Numbered from the stretch's first letter, positions 42,363-53,956 are shown. The stretch: 64,000 nucleotides of DNA from an uncultured Verrucomicrobiae bacterium (GCA_963707025.1 CAVPOM010000006.1:766094-830093), one strand, 5' to 3'. Translations and numbers: made by a program. Notes: generated by a model not told the origin, from the letters alone.

Positions 42363-42391
42363 ACAATAGGCAAAACCGCCCCGTTTGACAA
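42363..42391 (-). promoter_or_regulatory. sigma70-type promoter of the porin
   Basis: TTGTCA-N17-TATTGT. Confidence 0.5.
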
Positions 42392-42698
42392 CAAGTTTTT
42401 TCGCTATTTTTGGACTTTTTTTCATTTTTTTGCGCAAGTCATTTACAGTAAACCACTTACAATATGTCAAAATCGTCACTTTTACTTGTAAGAATCAGGC
42501 GTTTCGGCTCCAAACTACAGCTTTCCCATCTTGACTGGCTCAAATCTGGGCATCCCACAGGATGTGTCCTTTGCCCCCGCACCCACAGTCCATTGTATGG
42601 TCAAGCAAACTTTGGCGGTGCATTCTCTCAGGAAAAACCAGGCAGAATGATGAAGGGCAACAGCATCAGTTCAATCCGCCAGGCGCCATGCCCAATTC

Positions 42699-43637
42699 TC
42701 AGAACACGATCGGGACGCCTTCCTGGAGGATTTTCAAGTGTTGGCTCAAGCCGTGGGCGACGGCCAATTGGCGAAGCCAGCGCGGCGGTTCATCCATGTC
42801 TTCAAAAGAAAGCCGGAAGGTCCCGTAGTGCATAGGCACCAGCCACTGGGCTTTGAGATCGCGGAAGGCCTGGATGGCTTCGTCGGGCCCCATGTGAACA
42901 TGACGAAAGCTATCCGGATAGTAGGCTCCAATGGGCAGCATGGCCACTTCCGGCGGGCTGGTTTGGCCGATTTCCCTGAAACCGCCGAAGTAAGCGCTGT
43001 CCCCCGCGTGATAAATGCGTCGGCCCTGATGCTCCAGCAAAAAGCCGCCGTATCCCCGGTGGTCATCCCGCAGAATCCGCGCGCCCCAGTGTTTGGAAGG
43101 CGTCAGGGTGACTTTCCAGCCCTGATGCGAAAAACTCTCCCACCATTGCAGTTCAATGATGCGCCCGAACCCCAGATTCCGGGCCAAATCGCCCACGCCC
43201 CACGGCACAATGGCGATTTTTGGAGAGTGCAACCGGCGCAGGGTAGGACGATGGAAATGATCGAAGTGGGCGTGGGTGAGCAAGACCAGATCAATGGGCG
43301 GCAGGTCTTGGATTTTCAGCCCAGCCCGCCGCACGCGCTTCAAGAGAAAGAGCCAGTTGGCGAAATTCGGATCAATCAGCACGTTCAAATCGGTGAACTG
43401 CGCCAGAAACGAAGCGTGCCCGATCCAGGTCAGGGCCGCCTGCCCGCGCGCCAACTTGGGAAATCTGGGCCGGACGTTTTCGCCCGTGCGCCGTGTCAAC
43501 AGCGCCTTCCAGACCAGCTCGTAGAAAAAGGTCCGCGGATTGAAATGCCTGCTGGGCGTGAAGTCCTTGAAGGAGCGCGGCAGCGGCTTTCTCCGGCGCT
43601 TGGGTTTGGGCGCGCGGCCCGTCTCATCTTTTGCCAT
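42699..43637 (-). CDS. MBL-fold metallo-hydrolase (NAPE-PLD-like)
   Basis: WIGHAS, THAHFDH, AGDSAY, LPIGAY and PMHYGTF motifs. Confidence 0.9.
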   Translation of the reverse strand: MAKDETGRAPKPKRRRKPLPRSFKDFTPSRHFNPRTFFYELVWKALLTRRTGENVRPRFPKLARGQAALTWIGHASFLAQFTDLNVLIDPNFANWLFLLKRVRRAGLKIQDLPPIDLVLLTHAHFDHFHRPTLRRLHSPKIAIVPWGVGDLARNLGFGRIIELQWWESFSHQGWKVTLTPSKHWGARILRDDHRGYGGFLLEHQGRRIYHAGDSAYFGGFREIGQTSPPEVAMLPIGAYYPDSFRHVHMGPDEAIQAFRDLKAQWLVPMHYGTFRLSFEDMDEPPRWLRQLAVAHGLSQHLKILQEGVPIVF

Positions 43638-43751
43638 AACGCGGCTCGGTTTTAATTTTTGCGTTTCAAAATCTCAAGCTGTTCAGTAACATCCCCGCCC
43701 GGTCCGGCCCAGGCGCGAGCCGTCGAACCGTTTAACATTACACGCCAAACT

Positions 43752-44405
43752 GTGAAAATATCAAGCCAACTCGCCCGCCAGCTCGACACTTTCCTGCGCA
43801 AAAAACCGGTGTTGGGCAAAAATGTTTACATCGCCCAGGGCGCGGTGGTGCTCGGCGACGTCACGCTGGGCCAGGCCGCCAGCGTCTGGTACCATGCCGT
43901 TTTGCGCGGCGACATCAACCGCATTGTCGTCGGCCACCATAGCAATATCCAGGACAACGCCGTCCTGCATCTGGCCGATGATTTTCCGTGCCTGGTGGGT
44001 CATTACGTCACCGTCGGCCATGGCGCCATCGTTCACGCCTGTACCGTGGGCGACGAGTGCCTCATCGGCATGGGCGCGGTCATTTTGGACGGAGCGGAGT
44101 TGGGGGCGCAATGCGTGGTCGGAGCCGGGGCGCTGGTGACGCAACACACCAAAATTCCGCCAGGCTCGCTCGTCCTGGGCGTCCCCGCCAAAGTCGTGCG
44201 CGTCCTGAGCCTGGCCGAACGCGCCAACCTGAAATCCTGGGCCGAAAAATACGCCGCCAACGGAGCCTATTGTTTAAAGCACAAAATCAACCTCGGCGGG
44301 CCGTTGCCAGCGGCGGAGCACGTCCGGGCTGGGCGGAACAAATGGCAGCGACCGAAGCTTCCCAAGCCGGCGGGCGCTCACTTTCCTGGCTTCCCCGCCT
44401 TGTAA
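43752..44405 (+). CDS. Gamma carbonic anhydrase family protein
   Basis: VLRGD, NIQDNAVLH and VTVGHGAIVHAC hexapeptide repeats. Confidence 0.9.
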   Translation: MKISSQLARQLDTFLRKKPVLGKNVYIAQGAVVLGDVTLGQAASVWYHAVLRGDINRIVVGHHSNIQDNAVLHLADDFPCLVGHYVTVGHGAIVHACTVGDECLIGMGAVILDGAELGAQCVVGAGALVTQHTKIPPGSLVLGVPAKVVRVLSLAERANLKSWAEKYAANGAYCLKHKINLGGPLPAAEHVRAGRNKWQRPKLPKPAGAHFPGFPAL

Positions 44406-45151
44406 ATGGTGAAGATTTCCTCCGCGGAAAGGGCATGGCTGAAAAGCTGCAATTCCGCCGCAGACCCGCTGTAGGGGCGGGTGCCGTCGCTGCCCTGGCA
44501 GACGCTTTGGCCCAACACCAGCGGGGTTGTGTTTTGCACGTCCGTGACAGAGGAGTGGCTGGCGGTGTTATTGAGCGCTCCATCCACATAGACCAGATAA
44601 GTGACGCTCCCGGAACTGGTGGACTGCCGCACCCAGGCCAGATGATGCCAGGCCCCGTCATTGAGAGGGATGGTCGTAACGAAAGAAACAAACCCCTCCA
44701 GCGTGCCATCATCTATTTCCATATTCACGATGCCCGCCTCAGGCGGATTTCCAGTACCCACCCGGATGTCCCACCAATTCCCGAGGTTGCAAATGGGGCG
44801 CTTGCCCAAAAAGGCCGTGGGATGATAAGGGGAGGTCGTTTTCATCCAATAAGCGATGGTGAAATCCCGCGCGCCAAAGTTTCCCGCGGCGGGGCCAAAG
44901 TCCACCTCCGAACTGCCGCCATTAAACTCGAACGCCTGCCCGGTCAGGCCCGGCCCATAACGCAACCCTCCTGAAACCTCGCCGTCGGAGTGCCCGGCGC
45001 TGTCCTTGGCGTTGCCATTGCCGGACCACCGCGCCACCAGCCCGTCGGTCACCGGCGCCTGGCCAAAACAAATCATGCCAAAGCCGGCCAAAAACAAAAT
45101 CCCCGTCCCAAACCAAACCGGCACTCGTAAGAATGGTGTTTCTCTTCCCAT
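44378..45151 (-). CDS. Secreted LamG-like jellyroll protein
   Basis: GNAKDSAG, GQAFEFNG, DGAWHHLA, YVDG and ALSAEEI motifs. Confidence 0.85.
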   Translation of the reverse strand: MGRETPFLRVPVWFGTGILFLAGFGMICFGQAPVTDGLVARWSGNGNAKDSAGHSDGEVSGGLRYGPGLTGQAFEFNGGSSEVDFGPAAGNFGARDFTIAYWMKTTSPYHPTAFLGKRPICNLGNWWDIRVGTGNPPEAGIVNMEIDDGTLEGFVSFVTTIPLNDGAWHHLAWVRQSTSSGSVTYLVYVDGALNNTASHSSVTDVQNTTPLVLGQSVCQGSDGTRPYSGSAAELQLFSHALSAEEIFTIYKAGKPGK

Positions 45152-45163
45152 GTCATTGATGCA

Positions 45164-45409
45164 TCAAGCGACTTTGCGCAATGGCCTCCGCCTTGTCGGC
45201 TCAATACGAAGGATGTGATCGGGGGCGAGCAGAACGATGTCTCTCGCCACGCCAGTCCCGGCATCCACACCGGCCCCGACCGCGACCAACGCCTCGCTGA
45301 TAATGATGGATTCAGGATGATCAATATAAACCACCCGGCCATCCGAGGTATAGAAATTCATGGGCGGTTTGAGGGCAAAGATCGTCTGGCGGATCATTTC
45401 CGTTTTCAT
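45164..45409 (-). CDS. Small hypothetical protein
   Basis: 81 aa with an SDGR...HPE motif; co-oriented downstream of ffh. Confidence 0.65.
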   Translation of the reverse strand: MKTEMIRQTIFALKPPMNFYTSDGRVVYIDHPESIIISEALVAVGAGVDAGTGVARDIVLLAPDHILRIEPTRRRPLRKVA

Positions 45410-45451
45410 TGTAATAGACCTAAAACATCAGCCGCAGCTTGTAAAGCGATC

Positions 45452-46789
45452 TCAACCCTTGAATCCCGGCATCCCTCCCATCCGCCCCATCATCTTTTGA
45501 AATTTGCCCATTTTCTTCATGGCCTGCTGCATTTGGCTGAAATGGTTGAGCAAATTGTTGACTTCGGACACCTGCACGCCGCTGCCCTTGGCAATGCGGA
45601 TGCGTCGTTTGGCGTTGAGGATTTGCGGCGCGCGCCGCTCCTGCAAGGTCATCGCGCAAATAATCCCCTCCATCCGCTTGAGTTCCTTCTCCTTTTTGTT
45701 CAGGTCCACCCGTTTGACCGCCTCGGCCCCGCCCGGCATCATCCCCACCAGGCTCTCCAGCGAGCCGAGCTTCTTCATGGCCCGCATTTGCTCCAGAAAG
45801 TCATCCAGGGTAAACTGGCCCTTGCGCATTTTTTCCTCCAGGCGCCTGGCCTCGTCCATATCCACCGCCTCGGCCGCCCGCTCCACCAGGCTGACCACGT
45901 CGCCCATGCCCAGAATGCGCGACGCCATCCGCTCCGGGTGAAACGGCTCGAATTCGTCCAGCTTTTCCCCGGTCCCCATGAATTTAATCGGCTTGCCGGT
46001 GACCGCCTTCAAACTCAGCGCCGCCCCGCCCCGCGCGTCGCCATCCAGCTTGGTCAGGATCGCCCCGGTGATCTGCAGGGCCTGGTCAAAGTGCGTCGCC
46101 ACATTGACGGCTTCCTGCCCCGTGGCCGCGTCCAGCACCAGCAGGATTTCCTGCGGCTGGATCAAGTCGCGCAACCGCACCAGTTCCTGCACCAGCGGCT
46201 GGTCAATTTGCAACCGCCCGGCCGTGTCGAAAATGAGCGTGTCGCGGTGGTTTTGCCGGGCGAAATCGAGCGCCTGGCGGGCGATCTTCAAGACATCCGT
46301 TTCCCCCTTCAGGGCAAAGACCGGCACCTGGATTTGCCTGCCCAAAGTTTCCAATTGATCCATCGCCGCCAGCCGGTAAACGTCGGCCGCCACCAGCAAA
46401 GTCTGCCGCGCCTGCTTTTGCAGCCAGCGGGCCAGCTTGGCGCTGGAAGTCGTTTTGCCCGAACCGTGCAGGCCGGCCAGCAGGAGGCAGCTCGGATTGC
46501 CGCTCAACCCCAGCCCCGCATGGGTCGAGCCGAGCAGCTTGACCAACTCGTCATGTATAATTTTGATGATCTGCTGCCCCGGCTGGATGCTTTGCACCAC
46601 CTCCTGCCCCAGCGCCTTGCGTTTGACCTCCTCGATGAAATCGCGCGCCACCTGGAAATTGACATCCGCGTCCAGCAGCGCCAGGCGCACCTCGCGCAGG
46701 GCCTCCCCCGCGTTGGCCTCGGAGATTTTGCCCAGCCCGCGGAGATTGCGGAAGGCGTTCTGCAGCTTTTGGCTCAAAGAATCGAACAT
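45452..46789 (-). CDS. ffh: Signal recognition particle protein
   Basis: ALLDADVN, GSGKTT, DTAGRL, TKLDGDARGGAALS and RIAKGSG motifs. Confidence 0.97.
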   Translation of the reverse strand: MFDSLSQKLQNAFRNLRGLGKISEANAGEALREVRLALLDADVNFQVARDFIEEVKRKALGQEVVQSIQPGQQIIKIIHDELVKLLGSTHAGLGLSGNPSCLLLAGLHGSGKTTSSAKLARWLQKQARQTLLVAADVYRLAAMDQLETLGRQIQVPVFALKGETDVLKIARQALDFARQNHRDTLIFDTAGRLQIDQPLVQELVRLRDLIQPQEILLVLDAATGQEAVNVATHFDQALQITGAILTKLDGDARGGAALSLKAVTGKPIKFMGTGEKLDEFEPFHPERMASRILGMGDVVSLVERAAEAVDMDEARRLEEKMRKGQFTLDDFLEQMRAMKKLGSLESLVGMMPGGAEAVKRVDLNKKEKELKRMEGIICAMTLQERRAPQILNAKRRIRIAKGSGVQVSEVNNLLNHFSQMQQAMKKMGKFQKMMGRMGGMPGFKG

Positions 46790-46881
46790 GCCCGCAATCT
46801 AAAGTTGAACCTCCGTCTTGCAAAGCCCAAAGACAGGGGAGACACAGTGGCAGGCGCAAGACAAAGCTCTTCAACTCATTG

Positions 46882-46908
46882 GTCCCATGCGTCCCATGCG
46901 TCCTATTC
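46882..46908. repeat. 9-mer tandem repeat
   Basis: gtcccatgc gtcccatgc gtcctattc. Confidence 0.7.
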
Positions 46909-46956
46909 TTCGCCAATCCAACCCAGGGCTGATTTTTGGCCCGCGCCGCGCTGCCC

Positions 46957-49543
46957 TCACGGCGTCGCCGCCGGTTTGCGGATTTTCAACCGCTCTTCCA
47001 GCAGCCGGACGCGGGTGCCGCCGCCGACAAATAAACTCTCTGGGAACTGGTAAGTGCTGGTGAGGTCGTTGAGTATTTTGCTTTCCTGATAGGTGTTCAA
47101 CGCCAGGCCGGCCAGATACTGCAGACGCAGGTTGCGGTCGGTGTTGATTTGGGCGTCGCTCATCCAATCGCCCAGATCGGCCGCGCGGGCGGCGTAAGTG
47201 GCCAGCAAATCCACCGCGTTGTGGAAGCCGACCTCCTCCAGCGATTGCCGCACCGCGGCATTTTCCGGCCGGTCCAATCGCGCCTGCCACTGGTCCACGT
47301 CAATCACCGTCGGCTCGACCTGCCCGAACAAGACCGCGTCATAACCCGATCCGTTTTCGTCGTTGCTCCAGACAATCCCGTTGGGGAACACCTTGAAGAA
47401 AGTGGCCAGCACGCTTTTGATCGTGTCCGAATTGCTCTCATAGAACGGAATCCACAAGGACATGACGCCGCCGGGGTTCAGGTGCGCCTTGCACATCTGG
47501 TAATACTCCACCGTGTTGAGCGCGGCGCAGCCTTTGACCCAGGGATCAATCGGGTCCGAGGTGATGACGTCGAATTTCTCCTTCGTCGTTCGGATATAAT
47601 GGCGCCCGTCGTCATGCACCACCTCCACCCGCTTGTTATCCACCACGCTGTAATTCTCCTTGCTGAACCTGGGCGTGACATGATCGGGCACCAGCGGTTC
47701 GATGTCGCAAATGACAATGCGCTGGATATTGGTGTGGGGGATAAACGAGCCGGCCGTGACCCCCGCGCCGCACGCGACCACCAGGACATTGGTGGGATTG
47801 GGGAAGGCCAGCGCGGAAATGTGCCCGAGCATCCGCTGCAGCCGCATGTCGCGCGGGTCGTTGGAGGCCTGCACTTTGCCCGCCGAGTGGAAGCTGCGCA
47901 CCCCGTCCGTTCGCATCGTCACTGCGACCGTGCCGTTGAGCCCTTCGCCAACATACTCGCAATAGGTGTTGAAGCCGGTCCCTCCTTGCGGGACCTTGTC
48001 TTCCTCGATAATGCCCGGCGCCAACTGGCCGCCATAGGTCGCCACAAAACGCCCATAAGCAACCACCCCCCACGGCAACACGCCCACATGCCACGCCAGC
48101 AAAATCGCCAGCGCCAGCGCGCCGCTCATTCCCAACGCGCCCCCCGCACCGAGCGCAGCTTCCGGCGCCGGCCCGGCGGACGGGGTTTTGCGCCAGAGCA
48201 GTGGCGCCAGCACCACCAGCCCGGACACAGAGGACAATAAAATCAACACCCGCTGGGCCGCCTGCGTGCCGGCCAGGGGAATCAAGAGCAGGCTGAAACC
48301 CAGCGCGCCCAAAATCGCACCAACGGTGTTGGCCGCATAAACTCCCCCCACCAGCCGGCCCGGATCCTGCCCCCGCGATGACACAGACGCCAAGGCCAGG
48401 GGAAAACTCGCGCCCCACAAAAGCGGCGCGGGCAAAATGGCCCACAGACAACACGCCAGATCCAACTGAAAGATGTACCACGGACCGGAGCCGGGCATAT
48501 CCAGTCTGATCGGCCAGTTCGGCAGCGAGCCGGTAATCATCCAGGCGGTCCAGGCCACCGCCCCGGCCAGGAGCAATTGGCAAATGCCAAATGCCAGGCG
48601 CGGCCGCGCCGTCAAGCGCGCCACCACCGACCCCAGGCTGCTGCCCAGTCCCAGCCCCGCCAGGAAGACGGCCAGGATAATCGAAAACGTATAAACCGTC
48701 GCTCCCAACATCAGGGCCAGGAGCCGCGTCCAAACCACCTCCGCGCCCAGGGCCGCCAGGCCGGACAAGGCGATGGCGAGATAAACCGCCCCAAATCCCT
48801 TCATCGCCGCCCCGGCAGGGCGAGACTCCGTTCGAGCCGCGAGTAACGGCCGCCTCTGCCGCCGGTTTGAAAGAAGTCAGCGCCGCCAAACCAAGCGCCA
48901 GCGCAGCGACCGCGGCATTGATGCTGGCGGCCACGAAGGTCGCAAAGGCCATGTCGTGGACGCGCAACAGGTAAAAACCGGCGAGCAGACAGCCGAAAAC
49001 CGCGCCGGCAATGTTGCCTCCGTAAAAAAATCCGAGCCAGGAAATTCCTCGCGGCGTGGTCTCGACCCAGCGCGACATGGCGGGCAGCGTCGCCCCCATC
49101 AGCAAGGTGGGAGGCACCAAACAGACCCCGGCCACCACACAACGGACGACGATTCCCCCGAAACCGCTCCCGCCCACGGCCGTGTAGATTTGGGTGACCC
49201 AGGGCATCCCGAACAAAATGGCGATGCCGATGGCGCCGATCCCCAACTCGAGCACGGCATAGACGCGCAGGGGATGATGCCGTCCCGAAACCAGGCGGGG
49301 AAGCAGATAACTGCCCAGGCACATTCCTCCCATGTAGGCGCCGAGCAAAACGCCCAGGGAAACCGTGGTCAGGCCGATGACCAATTGCAGAAGTTGCAGC
49401 CAGATAATTTCATAGATCAGCGCGGCGCAACCGCTGCCGATGAACAGAAGCAGCATCGCCGGCAGAAACCGGCGCGATGCCAGCAGGCCGTCAGGTTCGT
49501 TTGGTTCTTGATCGCTCAAAATGATGAATATTTCCGGGAGCAC
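46957..49543 (-). CDS. Fused membrane domain / spermidine-synthase-like methyltransferase (frameshift near 48810)
   Basis: SGCAALIYEIIW, LMGATLP, YAANTVGAI, GAGVTAG, DDGRHYI and DVITSDP motifs. Confidence 0.85.
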
Positions 49544-49841
49544 ACTGCCGCATCCCCCTTGGTTTCAAAAGCTAATTCGTTCACGATTTCGTTCCCGGAT
49601 AATGACGTTTGCCAACCCGCGCGGGTTACACCCCTGCAAAACGACGTCCGGAACTTCACCAGCGGCGGGAATCGGTTCTCAGCGGGGGGCATCTCCTCGA
49701 AAAAATCCGTCCGTCTGCGCGAAGAACACGACCAATTGGGTTGACTAATAACTTGGATTAGGCTTTAATGGACATGTGCCGAAAGACCGGTGCATTGAAA
49801 CCTGAACAGGTCGCGCGCCTTTTGAGGAGGCCAAATCACTC

Positions 49842-52800
49842 ATGAAAACGACTCGGTTCCTTATGGTGCTGTTGTTTCTGACCGCTCCGGCGGCGCAGGC
49901 GCAATTCAATTTTATTACCAACAATGGCGGGGCCATCATTACGGGCTACACGGGGCCGGGCGGGGCGGTGAGCATCCCGGGCATCCTTGGCGGGCTGCCG
50001 GTGACGGAGATCCAAGGCTCCGGATTCGAAGACAAGGGGATCACGAGCGTCGCCATTCCCGCCAGCGTGACGAACATCCAGGCGCAGGAGTTCGCGCCCA
50101 ATGACTCGCTGACATCGTTTACGGTGGATTCCAGCAACCCGGCGTATAGCAGCGCCGGCGGGGTGTTGTTCGATAAGAGCGGGACGACGCTGGTGGAGTA
50201 TCCGCCCGGGGTGAGCGGGAGCTACACGATTCCAGGGAGCGTGAGCAGCGTCGGAGAGAGCGCCTTTGCGGCGTGTTACTACTTGAGCGGTGTGACGATT
50301 CCCGGCAGCGTGACCAATATCGGGGCGACGGGATTTGGATTTTGCTTCGGCCTGACCAACGTGACGATTCCCGCCAGCGTGACGGGCATCGGGCCCGATG
50401 CGTTCATTAATTGCTACAACCTGCCGGCCATCACGGTGGCGGCGGGGAATCCGTCTTTCACCAGCGCGGGCGGAGTGTTGTTCGACAAAAACCAGACGAC
50501 GCTGCTGGATTATCCGGCGGGACTGGACGGAACCTACGCGATTCCGAGCGGGGTGATGGTCATTGGGACGAACGCCTTCTTTTTGTGCGATGGCCTGACC
50601 GGGGTCACCTTCCCAGCCAGCGTCACGAGCCTCCAAGACGGCGCGTTCTCGGATTGCGCCGGGCTGACCAACGTGACACTGGGCGCCGGAGTGAACTACA
50701 TTTCCACGTCGGCCTTCGCCGGCTGCGGCCAGTTGACGGCGATCAACGTGGATCCAGGCAATGCGTTCTTGAGCTCTCTCAACGGCGTGGTCTTCGACAA
50801 GAGCCAAACGATGCTGATTCGATTCCCGCCCGGCTTCAAGGGGGGCTACACCATTCCGGGCACGGTGACGAGCATCGCAGGCTATGCCTTCGAGGACTGC
50901 GACCTGAGCGGCGTCATTATTTCCAGCAATGTCGCCAGCATTGGATTCCTTTCCTTTCAAGGCTGCGGCAGTCTGACCAACGTGACCATGTCCAACGGCG
51001 TCGCCAGCATTGGCGAGCTTGCCTTTGCCGACTGCTCCAAACTGGCGACCGTGACCATTCCCGCCACCGTTGGGGATCTCCCGACCGATGTGTTCGCCTA
51101 TTGCGGCCTGACCAGCGTTTATTTCGAGGGTAATAAGCCCATGTCGGATGCGATGGCCTTCCTGGGCGACAGTGCAACTGTTTATTATTTGGCCGGGACC
51201 AGCGGGTGGGGCTCCACGTTTGATGGTCTCACCACGGTGATAGAGGACGCGCCGAGTCCAAATGGCTCGCTGCAGGTCACGATCCTGCCCCCCGGCGCGG
51301 TGGCCGCCGGGGCGCAATTCCAAGTGGATGGCGGGGTTCTTCAGCCGGGCGGGGCGACGGTTTTGGGCCTGTCGGTGGGGACACACACGGTGAGTTTCAC
51401 GACGGTCAACGGGTGGACGGCGCCAAGCAATCAAATGGTTTCCGTCACCGCCGCTGTCACCAACTCGGCCTCGGGCACCTATAGCGTGGAAGCCGCGCCG
51501 GCGTCGGATTTTACTTTTGTGACCAACGCGGGCAGCATCACGATCACCGGATACACGGGGCCGGGGGGCGCGGTGGGGATTCCCCCGACGATCACCGGCC
51601 TGCCGGTGACAGGAATCGTCCAGCCGGGGTTTTCCAGTCTCAGCACCGTCACGAGCGTCACGATTCCAGACAGCGTAACGAACCTTGGGGATTTTACTTT
51701 CGTTTCCTGCTCGGGCCTGGCCGAGGTGACGATTTCGCAGAACGTCACCAACATCGGAGTGGGGGTGTTCGAGGACTGCTTCAGCCTGAGCGAAGTGACG
51801 TTTCGCGGCGCCGTGACGAGCATTGACGACGATGCCTTCGCCTCGTGTCATGATCTGATTCTGACGATTCCTGACAGCGTGACCAACCTGGGGCAATATG
51901 CGTTTTTCGGCAGCAGCTTGACTAACGTGCTGATCCCCGCCGGGCTGACCAGCATCGGTGAGGCGGCGTTTCTGGATTGCGACCTTCTGCCGGCGATCAT
52001 GGTGGATCCGGCCAATCCGGCCTACGCGAGCGTGGGGGGAGTGTTGTGCAACAAAAGCCAGACGGAGCTGGTGCAATACCCGGATGGCAACCCGGCAACG
52101 TCGTACACGATTTCCAACAGCATCACGAGCATTGGAGATCTGGCGTTTTCGTACTGCCATCTGACCAGTATCAGCATCCCGGCCAGCGTGACGAATATCG
52201 GGAACTATTCCTTCGACAGTTGCAGCTTGCTGACGGGCGTGACCATTCCAGACAGCGTCACGAGCATTGGAAATGATGCCTTCGCTCTTTGCGGCGCCTT
52301 GCCCGGCATAACCCTCCCGGCCAGCGTGACCAACCTGGGGTCGGTTCCGTTTGCCAACTGTGACATCATGACGGCGATCACGGTGGCGGCGGGAAATCCG
52401 GCTTATAGCAGCGTCAATGGCGTGCTCTACAACAAGACGGGAACGCAACTGGTGGAATATCCGGGCGGCCTGGGCGGCAGTTTCACCGTTCCGGACGGCG
52501 TCGCTGACATCGGTTCGGAGGCGTGCGGGGGCTGCTTGATCACCAGCGTGACGATTCCAGGCAGCGTGACCAACATCGAGTTTAGCGGATTCTTCAACTG
52601 CATCAACCTGCAGAGCGTGACCATGATGGAGGGGCTGACGGCCATCGGGGCGGGGGCGTTTGAGAGTTGTTATGCGCTGACCAATTTCGTGCTGCCGGGG
52701 AGCTTGACGAGCATCGGGTTTTCCGCGTTCGGAAGCTGTGGCGCGCTGACGACCGTCATCATCCCGAGCACAGTAACGAGCGTGGGGGATTATGCGTTTG

Positions 52801-53888
52801 CCTACTCCAGCAGCCTGGCGGCGGCCTATTTCGAGGGGAATGCGCCGCCGGATGATGCCACGGTGTTCGCCAGTGACAGCCAAGCGACGGTTTACTATTT
52901 GCCGGGCGCGACCGGGTGGGCCTCGACATTCGGGACCGCGCCGACGAAGGCGTTGACAGGGATTGCCATCACGGCCCATCCGGGCAGCGGCGATGTCCCG
53001 CTGCCAGTAAGCTTCACGGCGGCGGCGGTGGATGGCGCCACCAATCCGGTGGTGAATTGGAATTGGAACTTTGGGGACGGTTCGACCAGCGCGGCGCAGA
53101 ACCCGTCGCACACCTACGCCGCCTTCGGCCATTTCACGGCGGCCTTGGTGGAAACCAACAGCGCGGGCCTCCCGGTCGCCGGAGCGGCGATATCGCTCAC
53201 CGTGGCGCCGGTGCCGGTATATTCGGGGCTGGCGGAAAACGGCGGGTTTGAGACGGGGGATTTCACGGGATGGGATCTGTTCGGCGGCGATCCGGGAGAT
53301 AATTTTGTCACCAACGCCGTGAACGGGACTCTTCCCCATTCTGGGGCTTATTGTGCGGCGTTGGGGTCAGCCGGGACCGCCCTCAGCTATCTTTCGCAAA
53401 CGCTGGCGACGACCGCGGGCGAGCCGTATATGATCTCGTTGTGGCTGAACAGCCCGGATGGCTTGGGCCCGAATGAGTTTCTGGTGTCGTGGAATGGAAC
53501 GACCTTGTTTGACCAAACCAATATTGCGGCGATCGGATGGACCAACCTGCAGTTTACAGTGTCGGCGACGGGAACTAACACCGTGTTGGAGTTGGGATTC
53601 CGGGACGACCCGAGTTTTCTCGAGCTGGACGACATCAGTGTTTATCCCGAGCAGCCGGGCATCGCCGGCCTGAGCGTGGCGGGGTCAAATCTTGTGCTTG
53701 ACGGAACCAACGGGCAGTCCGGCCACACCTATATCGTGCTGACGAGCACGAATCTGGCCCTGCCCTTGAGCCAATGGACGCCGGCGGCGACCAATCTCTT
53801 GAGCGCGAGCGGGAATTTCTCCATCACCGTTACCAACACGGTGAGCGTGGGGCATCCGCAACGGTTTTACATTCTCCAAACGCAATGA
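49842..53888 (+). CDS. BspA-like leucine-rich-repeat surface protein with PKD and carbohydrate-binding-like domains
   Basis: Signal peptide, many VTIPxSVTxIGxxAF repeats, WNWNFGDG, NGGFETG and terminal RFYILQ. Confidence 0.9.
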   Translation: MKTTRFLMVLLFLTAPAAQAQFNFITNNGGAIITGYTGPGGAVSIPGILGGLPVTEIQGSGFEDKGITSVAIPASVTNIQAQEFAPNDSLTSFTVDSSNPAYSSAGGVLFDKSGTTLVEYPPGVSGSYTIPGSVSSVGESAFAACYYLSGVTIPGSVTNIGATGFGFCFGLTNVTIPASVTGIGPDAFINCYNLPAITVAAGNPSFTSAGGVLFDKNQTTLLDYPAGLDGTYAIPSGVMVIGTNAFFLCDGLTGVTFPASVTSLQDGAFSDCAGLTNVTLGAGVNYISTSAFAGCGQLTAINVDPGNAFLSSLNGVVFDKSQTMLIRFPPGFKGGYTIPGTVTSIAGYAFEDCDLSGVIISSNVASIGFLSFQGCGSLTNVTMSNGVASIGELAFADCSKLATVTIPATVGDLPTDVFAYCGLTSVYFEGNKPMSDAMAFLGDSATVYYLAGTSGWGSTFDGLTTVIEDAPSPNGSLQVTILPPGAVAAGAQFQVDGGVLQPGGATVLGLSVGTHTVSFTTVNGWTAPSNQMVSVTAAVTNSASGTYSVEAAPASDFTFVTNAGSITITGYTGPGGAVGIPPTITGLPVTGIVQPGFSSLSTVTSVTIPDSVTNLGDFTFVSCSGLAEVTISQNVTNIGVGVFEDCFSLSEVTFRGAVTSIDDDAFASCHDLILTIPDSVTNLGQYAFFGSSLTNVLIPAGLTSIGEAAFLDCDLLPAIMVDPANPAYASVGGVLCNKSQTELVQYPDGNPATSYTISNSITSIGDLAFSYCHLTSISIPASVTNIGNYSFDSCSLLTGVTIPDSVTSIGNDAFALCGALPGITLPASVTNLGSVPFANCDIMTAITVAAGNPAYSSVNGVLYNKTGTQLVEYPGGLGGSFTVPDGVADIGSEACGGCLITSVTIPGSVTNIEFSGFFNCINLQSVTMMEGLTAIGAGAFESCYALTNFVLPGSLTSIGFSAFGSCGALTTVIIPSTVTSVGDYAFAYSSSLAAAYFEGNAPPDDATVFASDSQATVYYLPGATGWASTFGTAPTKALTGIAITAHPGSGDVPLPVSFTAAAVDGATNPVVNWNWNFGDGSTSAAQNPSHTYAAFGHFTAALVETNSAGLPVAGAAISLTVAPVPVYSGLAENGGFETGDFTGWDLFGGDPGDNFVTNAVNGTLPHSGAYCAALGSAGTALSYLSQTLATTAGEPYMISLWLNSPDGLGPNEFLVSWNGTTLFDQTNIAAIGWTNLQFTVSATGTNTVLELGFRDDPSFLELDDISVYPEQPGIAGLSVAGSNLVLDGTNGQSGHTYIVLTSTNLALPLSQWTPAATNLLSASGNFSITVTNTVSVGHPQRFYILQTQ

Positions 53889-53956
53889 GCGAATTCGGCG
53901 CTATTTTGGCCCAAAACGCTTCCGCAATAGTTTGCGCAGCTCGTTGATGACAGGAA

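Noticed and set aside
49836..53339. 1167-aa minus-strand ORF, and similar long antisense ORFs opposite amtB, gspE, ffh and the kinases
   Set aside because: These are shadows of high-GC codon usage on the coding strand and show no recognisable motifs.
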